A stretch of DNA of 64,000 nucleotides. Source: an uncultured Chloroflexia bacterium. Lineage in GTDB: Bacteria; Chloroflexota; Limnocylindria; Limnocylindrales; CSP1-4. Both the position numbers and the translations under genes were made by a program. The stretch covers positions 4,514 through 68,513 of the forward strand of contig CAVQLA010000003.1 of the NCBI GenBank assembly GCA_963713285.1. The letters are read 5' to 3'. Below the pieces are notes generated by a model. That model worked only from the letters and a program-made list of their open reading frames with translations, ran no database searches and was not told where the DNA came from. Numbering within the stretch: position 1 is the stretch's first letter; every line of letters starts with the position of its first letter. Of this stretch, positions 17,527 to 26,945 are shown piece after piece.

Positions 17527-19200
17527 GTGGTGCGGCTGGCCTGCGACGGCGCGGGGCTCCTCGAGGCGGTCCGCGCGGCCGTCGCCAACCTCGAGGCCCA
17601 TGTCGACGAGATCAACGCCCTCAACGTCTTCCCCGTTCCGGACGGGGACACCGGCTCCAACATGGTTGCGACCTGCCGCGAGATGCTCGACTACGTGCGC
17701 GACGACGCGAGCGTCGAGGCGGTCGCCGAGCGGCTCCGCGAAGGCGCCCTCTTCGGAGCCCGCGGCAACTCCGGGGTGATCCTGAGCCAGATCGTCCGGG
17801 GCATGGCGGAGGGCTTCGCGGGGAAGCGACGCTTCAACGGGCTCGACCTCGCCCACGCCCTCGCCCTCGCCTCGACGGCGGCCTACGGCGCGGTCCCGCG
17901 ACCGGTCGAGGGCACGATGCTGACGGTGATCCGGGAGGCCTCGGCGGTGGCGGTCGAGACCGCCGAGCGGTCCAACGACCTCGAGGCCGTCCTCTGGTCG
18001 GCGACGCACGCCGCGGCGCGCGCGCTCGACAAGACGCCGAGCCTCCTGGCGGTCCTCCGCGAGGCCGGGGTGGTCGACTCGGGCGGCGCCGGCCTCCTGC
18101 GCCTGTTCGAGGGCGCCCTGGCGTACGTTCGCGGGGAGGTCGTCCTGCCGGCCCCGGTCCGGGCCCCGCGCATGCCGAGCCCGACGCCCGCCGACTACGT
18201 GCACGTCGAGGCGGGTCACGGGTACGAGACCGTCTACCTGATCCACCCGTTCCCCGGCCAGCTCCTGGACCTCGACCGGATCCGCAGCTACCTCGTGCGG
18301 ACGGGCGAGTCCGTCAACGTGGCCGGCGATCCGAAGGCGGCCAAGATCCACGTCCACAACGGGCGGCCCGACCTCGTCCTGCGCCAGGCGCTCCAGCTGG
18401 GCCGCATCGTGAACGCCTCGATCACGGACCTCGACCACCAGGCCGCCGAGGTCCGCGGTGCCCGCGCCGGGGCGGGGGAGTCCGCGCGGCCCGGCGCGCA
18501 GCCGGAGCAGGGTGAGTATCGCGTTCCCCTGGGGATCGTCGCGGTCGCGCCGGGAGACGGCCTGGCGGAGGCGCTCGCGGCCTTCGGCATCGCCGACGAG
18601 CGGCTGCACGTCTCGATCGTCCGCGGGGGCCAGGCCGAGAACCCCAGCGCCGGGGAGATCCTCGCCGCGGTGACCGCCTCGCCCGGCGAGGAGGTCGTGA
18701 TCCTGCCCAACAACCCGAACGTGAAGCTGGCCGCGGGCCAGGCAGCCGAGATGGCCGACCGGCCGGTGCGCGTCGTTCCGACCCGCAACGTGGCGGAGGG
18801 GATCGCGGCGCTGCTCGAGGTGGACCCGGGGGTCGGCGCGAGCGGCAACGCCGAGACGATGTGGGAGGCGAGCCGGGCACTCCAGACGCTTCTCGTGACC
18901 GAGGCGGTTCGGGATGCAGTGGTGTCGGGGACGAAGGTCAAGCGCGGCCAGACCATGGCGCTCGACCCCGACGACGGGCTGCTCGCGGCGTCCGACGACC
19001 GCGACCGGGCCGTCCTCGCCGGCCTCGAGGCCCTGCAGCCGGGCTTCAGCCTCGTCACCCTCTGGTACGGCGACGGCGCCGACCTCGCCGACGCCGAGCG
19101 GCTGGCCCGCCTCGTCCAGCAGGCCTGGCCGGCGGTGGAGGAGGTCGAGGTCCGCCACGGGGGCCAGCCGCACTACCGGTATCTCGTCAGCGTGGAGTAG
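17527..19200 (+). CDS. yloV: DAK2 domain fusion protein YloV
   Basis: N-terminal Dak2 motif FPVPDGDTGSNM plus a YloV-type C-terminal domain. GTG start lies directly after the asp23 stop. Confidence 0.9.
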   Translation: MVRLACDGAGLLEAVRAAVANLEAHVDEINALNVFPVPDGDTGSNMVATCREMLDYVRDDASVEAVAERLREGALFGARGNSGVILSQIVRGMAEGFAGKRRFNGLDLAHALALASTAAYGAVPRPVEGTMLTVIREASAVAVETAERSNDLEAVLWSATHAAARALDKTPSLLAVLREAGVVDSGGAGLLRLFEGALAYVRGEVVLPAPVRAPRMPSPTPADYVHVEAGHGYETVYLIHPFPGQLLDLDRIRSYLVRTGESVNVAGDPKAAKIHVHNGRPDLVLRQALQLGRIVNASITDLDHQAAEVRGARAGAGESARPGAQPEQGEYRVPLGIVAVAPGDGLAEALAAFGIADERLHVSIVRGGQAENPSAGEILAAVTASPGEEVVILPNNPNVKLAAGQAAEMADRPVRVVPTRNVAEGIAALLEVDPGVGASGNAETMWEASRALQTLLVTEAVRDAVVSGTKVKRGQTMALDPDDGLLAASDDRDRAVLAGLEALQPGFSLVTLWYGDGADLADAERLARLVQQAWPAVEEVEVRHGGQPHYRYLVSVE

Positions 19201-19210
19201 GGGAGCGGCG

Positions 19211-21388
19211 GTGGCGACCCGGGGCTCGCGCGCGAAGCCCGTTCCTGCCGTCCCGCCCGCGGACGTCCTCGCCACGCCCCTCCGCGCCAGCGGCCTCCCC
19301 GGCGCCGCGGCGCTCGGGCGGGTCGGGGGCCGCGTCGGCCTGCGAACGGTGCGCGACCTCCTCCTGTGGCTGCCCCGCCGGTACGACGACCTGCGGACCG
19401 TCCACGACATCGGGTCGCTCCGTTTCGTGGAGCCCGACACCGTGGTCAGCCTCCGGGCGCGCGTCGTGGCGATCCGCGAAGGGCGAACCGCCCGCCGCCG
19501 CACGCCGGTCGTGACCGCCACCCTCGCGGACGCGACCGGGGCCGCCGAGGCGCAATGGTACGGCCGCCAGTTCGTCCAGCGGCGGCTCGTCCCCGGCCAG
19601 GAGTACCTCTTCTCGGGGAAGCTCAAGAAGCGCGGCTTCGGCCTCCTGGTCGACAACCCGGCCTTCCAGGCGCCAGACGGCGACCTGCTGCACGTCGGCC
19701 GGATCGTCCCGACCTACGCGCTCACCGCCGGCCTCGCCCTGAAGTCGCTCCGGGCCGCCATCCGCGCCGCGCTCGATCGGTATCCGGCGTACCCGGAGTA
19801 CCTGCCCGGGGACCTGCTGGGCGCCGAGCGTCTGGAGGGGATCGCGACGGCGATCGAGCAGGCCCACTTCCCCGACGATTTCGAGCGCCGGGACGCCGCC
19901 CTGCGGCGGCTGGCGTTCGACGAGCTCCTCGCCCTCCAGGTCGGCATGGTCGCGCGGCGCCGCCAGCGCGCCGTGGCCGCCGCGGTCAGCGTGGCGCTCG
20001 ACGAAGCCCGCGACGGGGCCATCCGGGCGGCCCTCGCCGAGGCCCTCGCCGCCCGGCTCGACCGGCCGGTCGAGCTGACGCGCGACCAGGCGCGCGCGAT
20101 GGACGAGGTGCGCCGCGACGTAGCCGGCGTCCACCCGATGCTGCGCCTGCTGCAGGGCGACGTCGGCTCCGGGAAGACGGCGGTGGCGGCCTACGCGCTG
20201 GCCCTCGCGGCGGAGGCCGGGTTCCAGGGCGCCCTGCTGGCCCCGACCGACCTCCTGGCGCGCCAGCACGCGGCGACGGTCGGCGACCTGCTGGCGCCGC
20301 TGGGGATCCCGGTCACCCTCCTGACGGGATCGCTGGCGGGCCCCGGCGCGGCCACGGCGCTCGACGCGATCGCGGACGGACGCGCCGCCGTGGTCGTCGG
20401 GACCCACGCCCTGTTCTCGGAGCGCGTCCGCTACGCGCGGCTCGGGCTCGTGGTGGTGGACGAGCAGCACCGCTTCGGGGTCGAGCAGCGCGGCGCCCTC
20501 GAGGCCAAGACGACCGGCGGCGCGGCGCACGTCCTGCTGATGACCGCGACCCCGATCCCACGGACGCTGGGGCAGGTGCTGTATGCCGACCTGGACGTGT
20601 CGGACCTGCGCACGGTGCCGGCCGGGCGCGTCGCGATCCGGACGACGATCCGGCGTCCCGATGACCTCGGCCGGCTCTGGGAGTTCGTGCGCGGCGAGGC
20701 GCGCGAGGGACGGCGCACCTTCGTCGTCGTCCCTCGCATCGACGAGGTCGAGGACGCGGACGGCGAGGACGTGGCGGCCGCCGAGGCCGAGGCGGTTCGC
20801 CTGCGGGAGGTCCTCGCGCCCCTGCGCGTGGGCCTCGTCCACGGGCGGATGAAGGCGGTCGCGCGCGACGAGGAGATGGCACGCTTCCGCGACGGGGCGC
20901 TGGACGTCCTCGTGGGCACGACGGTGGTCGAGGTCGGCGTCGACGTGCCGGAGGCTTCGGTGATGGTGATCGAGGGCGCCGACCGCTTCGGCCTGGCGCA
21001 GCTCCACCAGCTCCGCGGACGCGTCGGACGCGGCACGGCCGCCTCGTACTGCGTGCTGGTCGCCGATGCCGACGCGAGCACGCCGGCCGCTGACCGGCTC
21101 GCCGCGGTGGAGCGGACGAGCGACGGCTTCGAGCTGGCCGAGACCGACTTCGCGCTCCGCCGCGAGGGCGACGTCCTGGGGCTGGCCCAGAGCGGCCTGC
21201 CCCGCCTGCGGGTCGCGACGCTGGGCCGCGCGGACCATCGCGCCCTCGCCGTCGCGGCGCGGCGGCACGCGGAGGCGCTGCTCGACCACGACGGCGGGTT
21301 CCGACAGGCCGGCGCCCCGCTCGCGGCGGAGCTGGCGGCCGGCTGGCTGGCCCGCGTCTTCGCCGGCGAGCCGGCGTCGGGAGCGTAG
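19211..21388 (+). CDS. recG: ATP-dependent DNA helicase RecG
   Basis: Wedge N-terminus, helicase motifs (GDVGSGKT, DEQHRFGV, MTATPIPRT) and the TRG region QLRGRVGRG. The start is set at GTG 19211 (aa 100 of ORF 18914), just after the yloV stop. Start is uncertain. Confidence 0.88.
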   Translation: MATRGSRAKPVPAVPPADVLATPLRASGLPGAAALGRVGGRVGLRTVRDLLLWLPRRYDDLRTVHDIGSLRFVEPDTVVSLRARVVAIREGRTARRRTPVVTATLADATGAAEAQWYGRQFVQRRLVPGQEYLFSGKLKKRGFGLLVDNPAFQAPDGDLLHVGRIVPTYALTAGLALKSLRAAIRAALDRYPAYPEYLPGDLLGAERLEGIATAIEQAHFPDDFERRDAALRRLAFDELLALQVGMVARRRQRAVAAAVSVALDEARDGAIRAALAEALAARLDRPVELTRDQARAMDEVRRDVAGVHPMLRLLQGDVGSGKTAVAAYALALAAEAGFQGALLAPTDLLARQHAATVGDLLAPLGIPVTLLTGSLAGPGAATALDAIADGRAAVVVGTHALFSERVRYARLGLVVVDEQHRFGVEQRGALEAKTTGGAAHVLLMTATPIPRTLGQVLYADLDVSDLRTVPAGRVAIRTTIRRPDDLGRLWEFVRGEAREGRRTFVVVPRIDEVEDADGEDVAAAEAEAVRLREVLAPLRVGLVHGRMKAVARDEEMARFRDGALDVLVGTTVVEVGVDVPEASVMVIEGADRFGLAQLHQLRGRVGRGTAASYCVLVADADASTPAADRLAAVERTSDGFELAETDFALRREGDVLGLAQSGLPRLRVATLGRADHRALAVAARRHAEALLDHDGGFRQAGAPLAAELAAGWLARVFAGEPASGA

Positions 21389-21393
21389 CGGCG

Positions 21394-21984
21394 ATGGCGG
21401 GCGCGGGCCGCGTCGTGGCCGGGACGGCCGGCGGGATCCAGCTCGCGGCCGCGGGCCCGGGGACGCGGCCCCTGGCCGACCGGGTGAAGCAGGCGCTCTT
21501 CGGGTCGCTCGAGCCGATGCTCGACGGCGCCGCGGTCCTCGACCTGTGCGCGGGCACGGGGGCGGGCGCCATCGAGGCGCTCTCCCGCGGGGCGGCCAGC
21601 GCGGTGCTCGTCGAGCGGGACCACGCCGCCGTCCGCGTCATCGAGGAGAACCTCCGGCGGACCGGCCTCGCGGGGCCGGCCCGGGTGGTCCGCCGCGACG
21701 CCGTCGCGGCCGTCCGGGACCTCGCCGCGAAGGGGGCGCGGTTCGACCTCGCCGTCGTGGACCCGCCCTACGCGGAGACGTCGCTGCGCGACGCGCTCCT
21801 GACCGCGCTGGGCGCCGCCGACGGGCCGCTCCGCGACGGGGCGCTGGTCCTCGCGACGTCCCACTGGCGGGAGCCCCCGCCGGTGGAGATCGGGCTGCTA
21901 CGATCCACGCGGGTCCGCCGCTTCGGCGAGACCGCGGTGACCATCTACCGGCACGAGGCCGGCGGGGCCGCGGGCGCGGACTGA
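21394..21984 (+). CDS. rsmD: 16S rRNA (guanine966-N2)-methyltransferase
   Basis: SAM-MTase LDLCAGTGAGAIEALSRGA and VDPPY motifs. Adjacent to coaD, as usual. Confidence 0.88.
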   Translation: MAGAGRVVAGTAGGIQLAAAGPGTRPLADRVKQALFGSLEPMLDGAAVLDLCAGTGAGAIEALSRGAASAVLVERDHAAVRVIEENLRRTGLAGPARVVRRDAVAAVRDLAAKGARFDLAVVDPPYAETSLRDALLTALGAADGPLRDGALVLATSHWREPPPVEIGLLRSTRVRRFGETAVTIYRHEAGGAAGAD

Positions 21985-21995
21985 TCGGAGGCCGG

Positions 21996-22502
21996 ATGCG
22001 CACCGCGGTCTACCCCGGATCGTTCGACCCGATCACCCTGGGGCACGTCGACGTGCTGCGGCGCGCCGCCGGCGTCTTCGACCGCGTCGTCGTCGCGGTG
22101 CTGGTCAACCCGCGCAAGGCTCCCGTCGCGGAGGCCGAGGGACGCGCGACGGCGATCCGCGAGGCGATCCTCGAGACCCTCCCGGAGCTGGCCGGCCGCA
22201 TCGACGTCACCACGTTCGACGGGCTGACGGTCGACGCGTGTCGCGCCGTGGGGGCGCGCCACGTCGTGCGCGGGCTGCGGGCGGTCTCGGACTTCGAGGC
22301 GGAGCTCCAGATGGCCCACATGAACCACCGGCTGGCCCCCGAGATCGACACGGTCTTCTTCATGACGGCGCTGGAGTACGGGTACCTGTCGTCGAGCCTG
22401 GTCCAGGAGATCGCGCGCTTCGGGGGCGACGTCTCGGCGATGGTCCCGCCCAGCGTCGCGGCCCGGCTGCGCTCGTCCGGCCCGGAGGCCCCGCGTCTAT
22501 AA
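21996..22502 (+). CDS. coaD: phosphopantetheine adenylyltransferase
   Basis: YPGSFDPITLGHVD motif and a conserved C-terminus (YLSSSLVQEI). ATG is at aa 311 of ORF 21066, with a GGAG SD. Confidence 0.95.
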   Translation: MRTAVYPGSFDPITLGHVDVLRRAAGVFDRVVVAVLVNPRKAPVAEAEGRATAIREAILETLPELAGRIDVTTFDGLTVDACRAVGARHVVRGLRAVSDFEAELQMAHMNHRLAPEIDTVFFMTALEYGYLSSSLVQEIARFGGDVSAMVPPSVAARLRSSGPEAPRL

Positions 22503-22503
22503 T
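22498..22503 (+). promoter_or_regulatory. -10-like TATAAT overlapping the coaD stop
   Basis: gcgtcTATAATcgggcc, ~48 nt upstream of ATG 22551. Same flanks as the def box. Confidence 0.4.
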
Positions 22504-22550
22504 CGGGCCACCACCGCCCGGCGCCGAGGAGGGCCCTTCTCATCGACATC

Positions 22551-23045
22551 ATGTTCTTCGTCGAGCGCCTCGAGGGGATGCTCGCCAACGGCAAGAAGCT
22601 GCCGCTGACGTCGAACGTCATCGTGGACCAGGCCGCGGCGCTGGAGCTCATCGACGAGCTGCGGCATGCCATCCCGGAAGAGGTGCAGGCGGCGCGCCGG
22701 ATCAACGCCGAGGGCGAGCGGATCCTCGAGCGCGCCGGGCAGGAGGCGGAGCGGATCGTCGCCCGCGCGAACGAGCAGGCGGCCTACCTCATCGACGAGC
22801 AGGGCCTCACGGAGGCGGCCGAGGCCGAGGGTCGCCGGATCATCGGCGAGGCCGACGCGGACGCCGTGGAGACGCGCCGGGGCGCCGACGAGTACGCGGC
22901 CGAGGTGCTCCTGGGCCTCGAGACCGAGGTCTCGCGGATCCTGGGCCAGATCGAGCGCGGCATCGATGCGCTCCACGTTCGCGACGAGCCCGAGGCGCCG
23001 GCCGAGGAGGCCGACGAGGAGCCCGCCGAGCCTGTCGCGGGATGA
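22551..23045 (+). CDS. DivIVA-like coiled-coil protein (SepIVA/Rv2927c-like by position and N-terminus)
   Basis: 164-aa coiled coil. The N-terminus VERLEGML..KLPLTSNVIVDQAAALELIDELRHAIPEEV resembles the actinobacterial protein encoded upstream of DUF177. The similarity is recalled, not searched. Confidence 0.55.
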   Translation: MFFVERLEGMLANGKKLPLTSNVIVDQAAALELIDELRHAIPEEVQAARRINAEGERILERAGQEAERIVARANEQAAYLIDEQGLTEAAEAEGRRIIGEADADAVETRRGADEYAAEVLLGLETEVSRILGQIERGIDALHVRDEPEAPAEEADEEPAEPVAG

Positions 23046-23590
23046 CGACGTCCCCCGCGGACGCCCTGGTCGTCAACGTCGCCGGCCTGCTCGGCGAGCC
23101 GCCCGGGTCCCACCGTGAGATCGCGGTCGACGGCGTGACCCTGGAGCTCGGCGAGGGCCTCCGGCAGGCGGGTCCGCTGGCCCTGCGGGTGCGCGTCGGG
23201 CGGACGAACCGCGGCGTGGTCGTCAACGGGCGCGTCGTCACGAGCCTGGCGGACACCTGCGGACGCTGCCTGGTCGCCGTCGTGCTGCCGGTCGACGCCC
23301 CCATCGACGAAGAGGTGCTGCCGACCATCGACCTCCAGTCGGGGATGGCCGTCGACACGAGCGCGGAGCCCGAGGCCTTCCGGCTCTCCGATCACCACGA
23401 GCTCGACCTGGAGCCCCTCGCCCGTGAGGCGGTCCTGCTCGCCGCGCCCATCGCGCCGGTCTGCCGGCCCGACTGCCGCGGCCTGTGCCCCGAGTGCGGG
23501 ACGGACCTCAACGCCGGCCCGCATGCCCACGAGGAGGCGCCGGTCGATCCGCGCCTCGAGAAGCTCCGCGAGTTCCGGGCCGGCGGCTAG
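23042..23590 (+). CDS. yceD: YceD/DUF177 family protein
   Basis: DUF177 layout with a C-terminal Cys cluster (CRPDCRGLCPECG). It precedes rpmF, as is typical. ATGA overlap with the upstream gene. Confidence 0.85.
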   Translation: MTTSPADALVVNVAGLLGEPPGSHREIAVDGVTLELGEGLRQAGPLALRVRVGRTNRGVVVNGRVVTSLADTCGRCLVAVVLPVDAPIDEEVLPTIDLQSGMAVDTSAEPEAFRLSDHHELDLEPLAREAVLLAAPIAPVCRPDCRGLCPECGTDLNAGPHAHEEAPVDPRLEKLREFRAGG

Positions 23591-23603
23591 CCCGGAAACC
23601 GGC

Positions 23604-23609
23604 TACACT
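23604..23609 (+). promoter_or_regulatory. -10-like TACACT upstream of rpmF
   Basis: ccggcTACACTccccg, just after the yceD stop. It would give a ~105-nt rpmF leader. Confidence 0.3.
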
Positions 23610-23719
23610 CCCCGTTCGGCCCGACGGCGCCGGCGCGCCGCCACGCCCCACGCACGACGAACCGGCGGCCTCGCGCGCCCGTGCGGCGCCGCCCAGCAAC
23701 GACAGGAGCAGCAACCCCG

Positions 23720-23920
23720 ATGGGTCTCCCGAAGCGGAAGGTCTCGCACGCCCGGCAGGGCGACCGGCGCTCGCATCACGCGTTGAGCCTGCCCAGCCTC
23801 GTCGAGTGCAGCCACTGCCACGCCATGAAGCGCTCGCACCACGTCTGCCCGAGCTGCGGCTACTACGACGGCCGGCAGGCCGTCGCGCTCAAGAAGAAGG
23901 GCGGCGAGACGGCCTCCTGA
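23720..23920 (+). CDS. rpmF: 50S ribosomal protein L32
   Basis: MGLPKRKVSHARQGDRRSHH plus a zinc ribbon (CSHCH..CPSCG). An AGGAG SD precedes ATG 23720. The ORF-track start 23681 lies upstream of the SD. Confidence 0.93.
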   Translation: MGLPKRKVSHARQGDRRSHHALSLPSLVECSHCHAMKRSHHVCPSCGYYDGRQAVALKKKGGETAS

Positions 23921-23957
23921 CCGTCGCGCGCCCTCGAGCCGCCAGCCACCGCATCCG

Positions 23958-25061
23958 ATGGATCTTGCGACCGTCCGGGGGATCGAGCATGGCCGCAAGG
24001 TCCGGCTCGCCGTGGATGCGATGGGCGGCGACCACGCGCCGGCCGAGGTCGTCGCCGGCGCCCTCCTCTATGCCGAGGAGAACCCTGCCGACGAGGTGAT
24101 CCTGGTCGGGATCCCCGAGCGGATCCGGAGTGTCGCCGGCGCCGCGCTGCCGCCGAACGTCACGATCCACGCGGCCTCCCAGGTGATCGAGATGCACGAG
24201 CATCCGGCGCTGGCCCTCCGCGAGAAGAAGGACGCCTCGATCCTCGTCGCCTGCGAGCTGGTGAAGCGCGGGCGGGCGGATGCGGTCGTGACGGCGGGGC
24301 ACACCGGGGCCGCGATGGCGGCGGCGGTCCTGCGGCTGGGCCGCGTGCAAGGCGTCGACCGCCCGGCCCTCGCGATCCAGATGGTGACCGAGACCGGGCC
24401 GCTGGTGCTGCTCGACATCGGCGCGAACCCGGACTCCACGCCCGAGAACCTGGTCCAGTACGCCCACATGGGGTCGCTCTTCGCGGAGCGGACGCTCGGG
24501 GTGGCGAACCCGCGCGTCGCGCTCCTCTCCATCGGCGAGGAGAAGGGCAAGGGAGACGCGCGCATCCAGCGCGCCACGGAGCTGCTCGACGAGACGGAGC
24601 TCAACTTCTCGGGCAACGTCGAGGGCAAGGACCTCGTCCACCACCCGGCCGACGTGGTCGTCTGCGACGCGGTGCTCGGCAACGTGACGATCAAGTTCTT
24701 CGAGGGCCTCGCCACCTTCATCTTCGACCAGTGGTCGAAGGAGTTCCGGAGCGGGCTTCGTGGGAAGGTCGCGTACCTCCTCATGCGCCCCGGCATCGGG
24801 CGGATCCGGCGCACCTTCGACTACGAGGTGCTGGGGGGATCTCCGCTCCTGGGAGTCCGGGGCACGGTCATCATCACCCACGGCCGGGCCAGGCGGCGCA
24901 TGATCAAGCACGCGATCGGGGTCGGCGCCGTGGCGGCGCGGGTCCGGCTGCCGGAGCTGATCGGCGAGACGTTCGGCCGGCCGGCGCCGCCCGGCGCCGG
25001 CCGGCCGAACGACGGCGCACCGGGGGCCGATGCCCCGGCCGGCCCGGAGGAATCCACGTGA
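23958..25061 (+). CDS. plsX: phosphate acyltransferase PlsX
   Basis: AVDAMGGDHAP, TAGHTGA and PlsX-like sequence throughout. There is a ~35-aa Pro/Gly/Ala C-terminal tail. Confidence 0.93.
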   Translation: MDLATVRGIEHGRKVRLAVDAMGGDHAPAEVVAGALLYAEENPADEVILVGIPERIRSVAGAALPPNVTIHAASQVIEMHEHPALALREKKDASILVACELVKRGRADAVVTAGHTGAAMAAAVLRLGRVQGVDRPALAIQMVTETGPLVLLDIGANPDSTPENLVQYAHMGSLFAERTLGVANPRVALLSIGEEKGKGDARIQRATELLDETELNFSGNVEGKDLVHHPADVVVCDAVLGNVTIKFFEGLATFIFDQWSKEFRSGLRGKVAYLLMRPGIGRIRRTFDYEVLGGSPLLGVRGTVIITHGRARRRMIKHAIGVGAVAARVRLPELIGETFGRPAPPGAGRPNDGAPGADAPAGPEEST

Positions 25062-25372
25062 CGCACCCGACGCTTGCCGTCAGCCGCCCGGTGATCCGCG
25101 ATCTCGTGCGACTTGCCGCAATGGAGGTCCCGGGCGTGCTCCGCGTGGGGTGGGCCGGTGGACCGCTGCGGCGCCTGCTCGCGGGCCGGCCGGTCGCGGT
25201 CCGCGTCCGGCGAGGTGTCGTCGAGGCGCGCGTCGTCGTGATCGCCCGACCCGGGCAGCCGCTGGCGGTCCTCTCGGCCGACGTCCGGACCGCGGTCGCC
25301 GCCGCCATCGAGCGCCTGCTGGGCCTGGAGCTCGGCGAGGTGACCGTCCGCATCGACGGCGTCGGCGGCTGA
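25058..25372 (+). CDS. Asp23/Gls24-family protein
   Basis: 104 aa (VIRDLVRLAAMEVPGV...VVVIARPGQPLAVLSADVRTAVAAAIERLLG). GTGA overlap with plsX and a GGAGG SD. It precedes nusB, as in many Firmicutes. Confidence 0.8.
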   Translation: MTHPTLAVSRPVIRDLVRLAAMEVPGVLRVGWAGGPLRRLLAGRPVAVRVRRGVVEARVVVIARPGQPLAVLSADVRTAVAAAIERLLGLELGEVTVRIDGVGG

Positions 25373-25376
25373 CCGC

Positions 25377-25877
25377 GTGAGCGGACGCGCAGGGCGCGGC
25401 GGCGGCGACCTGGTCCGCAGCCGGAGGGCGGCGCGCCGGCTGATCCTGGCATCGCTGTTCGAGGCCGAGTTCGGCCAGCGGACGGCGCCGGCCGTCCTGG
25501 AGCGGCACGTGGCCGAGATCGAGGGCGACCCGGAGACGGCGCGCTACGCCCGCCTCATGGTCGCGGCGGCAGTGGAGCACCGCGCGGAGATCGACGCCCG
25601 GATCGAGGCGGCCGCGCCCCAGTACCCGGTCGTCACGCTCGCGCGGATGGACCGCGTTCTCCTCCGTGCGGGCATCTGCGAGGTGCTACACTCGCCCGCG
25701 ACGCCGGCCCGGGTGGCGATCGCCGAGTGGGTCGAGCTCGCGCGGGTCTATGGAGGAGACCCGGCCAGGCGCCTCGTCAACGGGGTCCTGGGCCGCGTGG
25801 CCCGGGACGCCGGGAGCGCTCCAGCCGAGCCCCAACCGGCTCCGCGCAGCACCGCAGTCCCCGACGCGCAGGAATGA
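25377..25877 (+). CDS. nusB: transcription antitermination factor NusB
   Basis: NusB helices [53 protein letters not shown] start. Confidence 0.9.
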   Translation: MSGRAGRGGGDLVRSRRAARRLILASLFEAEFGQRTAPAVLERHVAEIEGDPETARYARLMVAAAVEHRAEIDARIEAAAPQYPVVTLARMDRVLLRAGICEVLHSPATPARVAIAEWVELARVYGGDPARRLVNGVLGRVARDAGSAPAEPQPAPRSTAVPDAQE

Positions 25878-25899
25878 CACCCCAGGGAGGACGGAGCCA

Positions 25900-26136
25900 G
25901 TGGCGACAACCTACGAGCGGCTGAAGAAGATCGTCGTCGAGCAGCTCGGCGTCGACGAGGCGGAGGTGACCCCCGAGGCCTCGTTCGTCGACGATCTCAA
26001 CGCCGACTCGCTCGATCTCGTTGAGCTCATCATGAGCCTCGAGGAAGAGTTCGGGATGGAGATCTCGGACGAAGAGGCCGAGAAGATCCGCACCGTCCAG
26101 GACGCCGCCGACTACATCGACGAGCACGCGAGCTGA
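25900..26136 (+). CDS. acpP: acyl carrier protein
   Basis: Phosphopantetheine site [23 protein letters not shown] 25900 (aa 79 of ORF 25666) has a GGGAGG SD. Confidence 0.95.
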   Translation: MATTYERLKKIVVEQLGVDEAEVTPEASFVDDLNADSLDLVELIMSLEEEFGMEISDEEAEKIRTVQDAADYIDEHAS

Positions 26137-26150
26137 CCACGCCCCGGTCC

Positions 26151-26945
26151 CTGCCGGGGGAGGCAGCGCGCCCGCCGCGCCCTGGAGCCGAGCTCGCCGA
26201 GCGACTCGGGCTGACGTTCCGAGACCCGGACCTCCTCGCGCGCGCCCTCGTCCATGGCTCGTGGCTCCACGAGCACCCGGACGAGGCGAGCGGTCACAAC
26301 GAGCGCCTCGAGTTCCTCGGCGACGCCGTCGTCAGCCTGGTGATCTCGGAGGCGCTCCACGCGCATCGGCCGGACGACGACGAGGGCGTCCTGTCCGCGC
26401 GCCGGGCGGCGATCGTGAGCACCCACGGGCTGGCCCGACTGGCGCGGCGCATCGACCTGGGCAGCTACCTGCTCCTCGGCGAGGGGGAGGACCAGCGCGG
26501 GGGTCGCGGCAGGCCGGTCCTCCTGGCCTCGGCCCTCGAGGCGGTCGCGGCCGCCGTCTTCCTCGACTGCGGCTGGGATGCCGCGCGGACGTGGCTCGCC
26601 GAGCTTGCCGGCCCCGAGCTCACGGCCGACGCCCCGCCCGGGACGCTCAAGAGCCCCAAGAGCCGCCTCCAGGAGCTCACGCAGCGGGGGTCGGGCGAGC
26701 GTCCCCAGTACCGGCTCGCGGACGTCACCGGGCCCGATCACCAGCGGCGCTTCGCCGTCGAGGTCTCCGTCGGCGGCCGCCCCGTCGGCGCCGGGGAGGG
26801 CGGCTCCCGGCGGAGCGCCGAGACGGCGGCGGCGGCGGCCGCGCTCGAGACCCTCGCCGCGGAGCGTGCCGGCGCGAAGCCCGGCGCACCGGCCGCCGCC
26901 GCGGCCGCGGACGCGGACGCGCCTCGCCCGGAGCGGTCGGCGTGA
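26151..26945 (+). CDS. rnc: ribonuclease III (start codon non-canonical or unresolved)
   Basis: ORF-track piece 26340..26945 holds the rest of the catalytic domain plus the dsRBD. In-frame sequence upstream of 26340 encodes LAERLGLTFRDPDLLARALVHGSW...NERLEFLGDAVVSL, the RNase III signature. No ATG/GTG/TTG is available there, and CTG 26151 is the best candidate start. Confidence 0.8.
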   Translation: MPGEAARPPRPGAELAERLGLTFRDPDLLARALVHGSWLHEHPDEASGHNERLEFLGDAVVSLVISEALHAHRPDDDEGVLSARRAAIVSTHGLARLARRIDLGSYLLLGEGEDQRGGRGRPVLLASALEAVAAAVFLDCGWDAARTWLAELAGPELTADAPPGTLKSPKSRLQELTQRGSGERPQYRLADVTGPDHQRRFAVEVSVGGRPVGAGEGGSRRSAETAAAAAALETLAAERAGAKPGAPAAAAAADADAPRPERSA

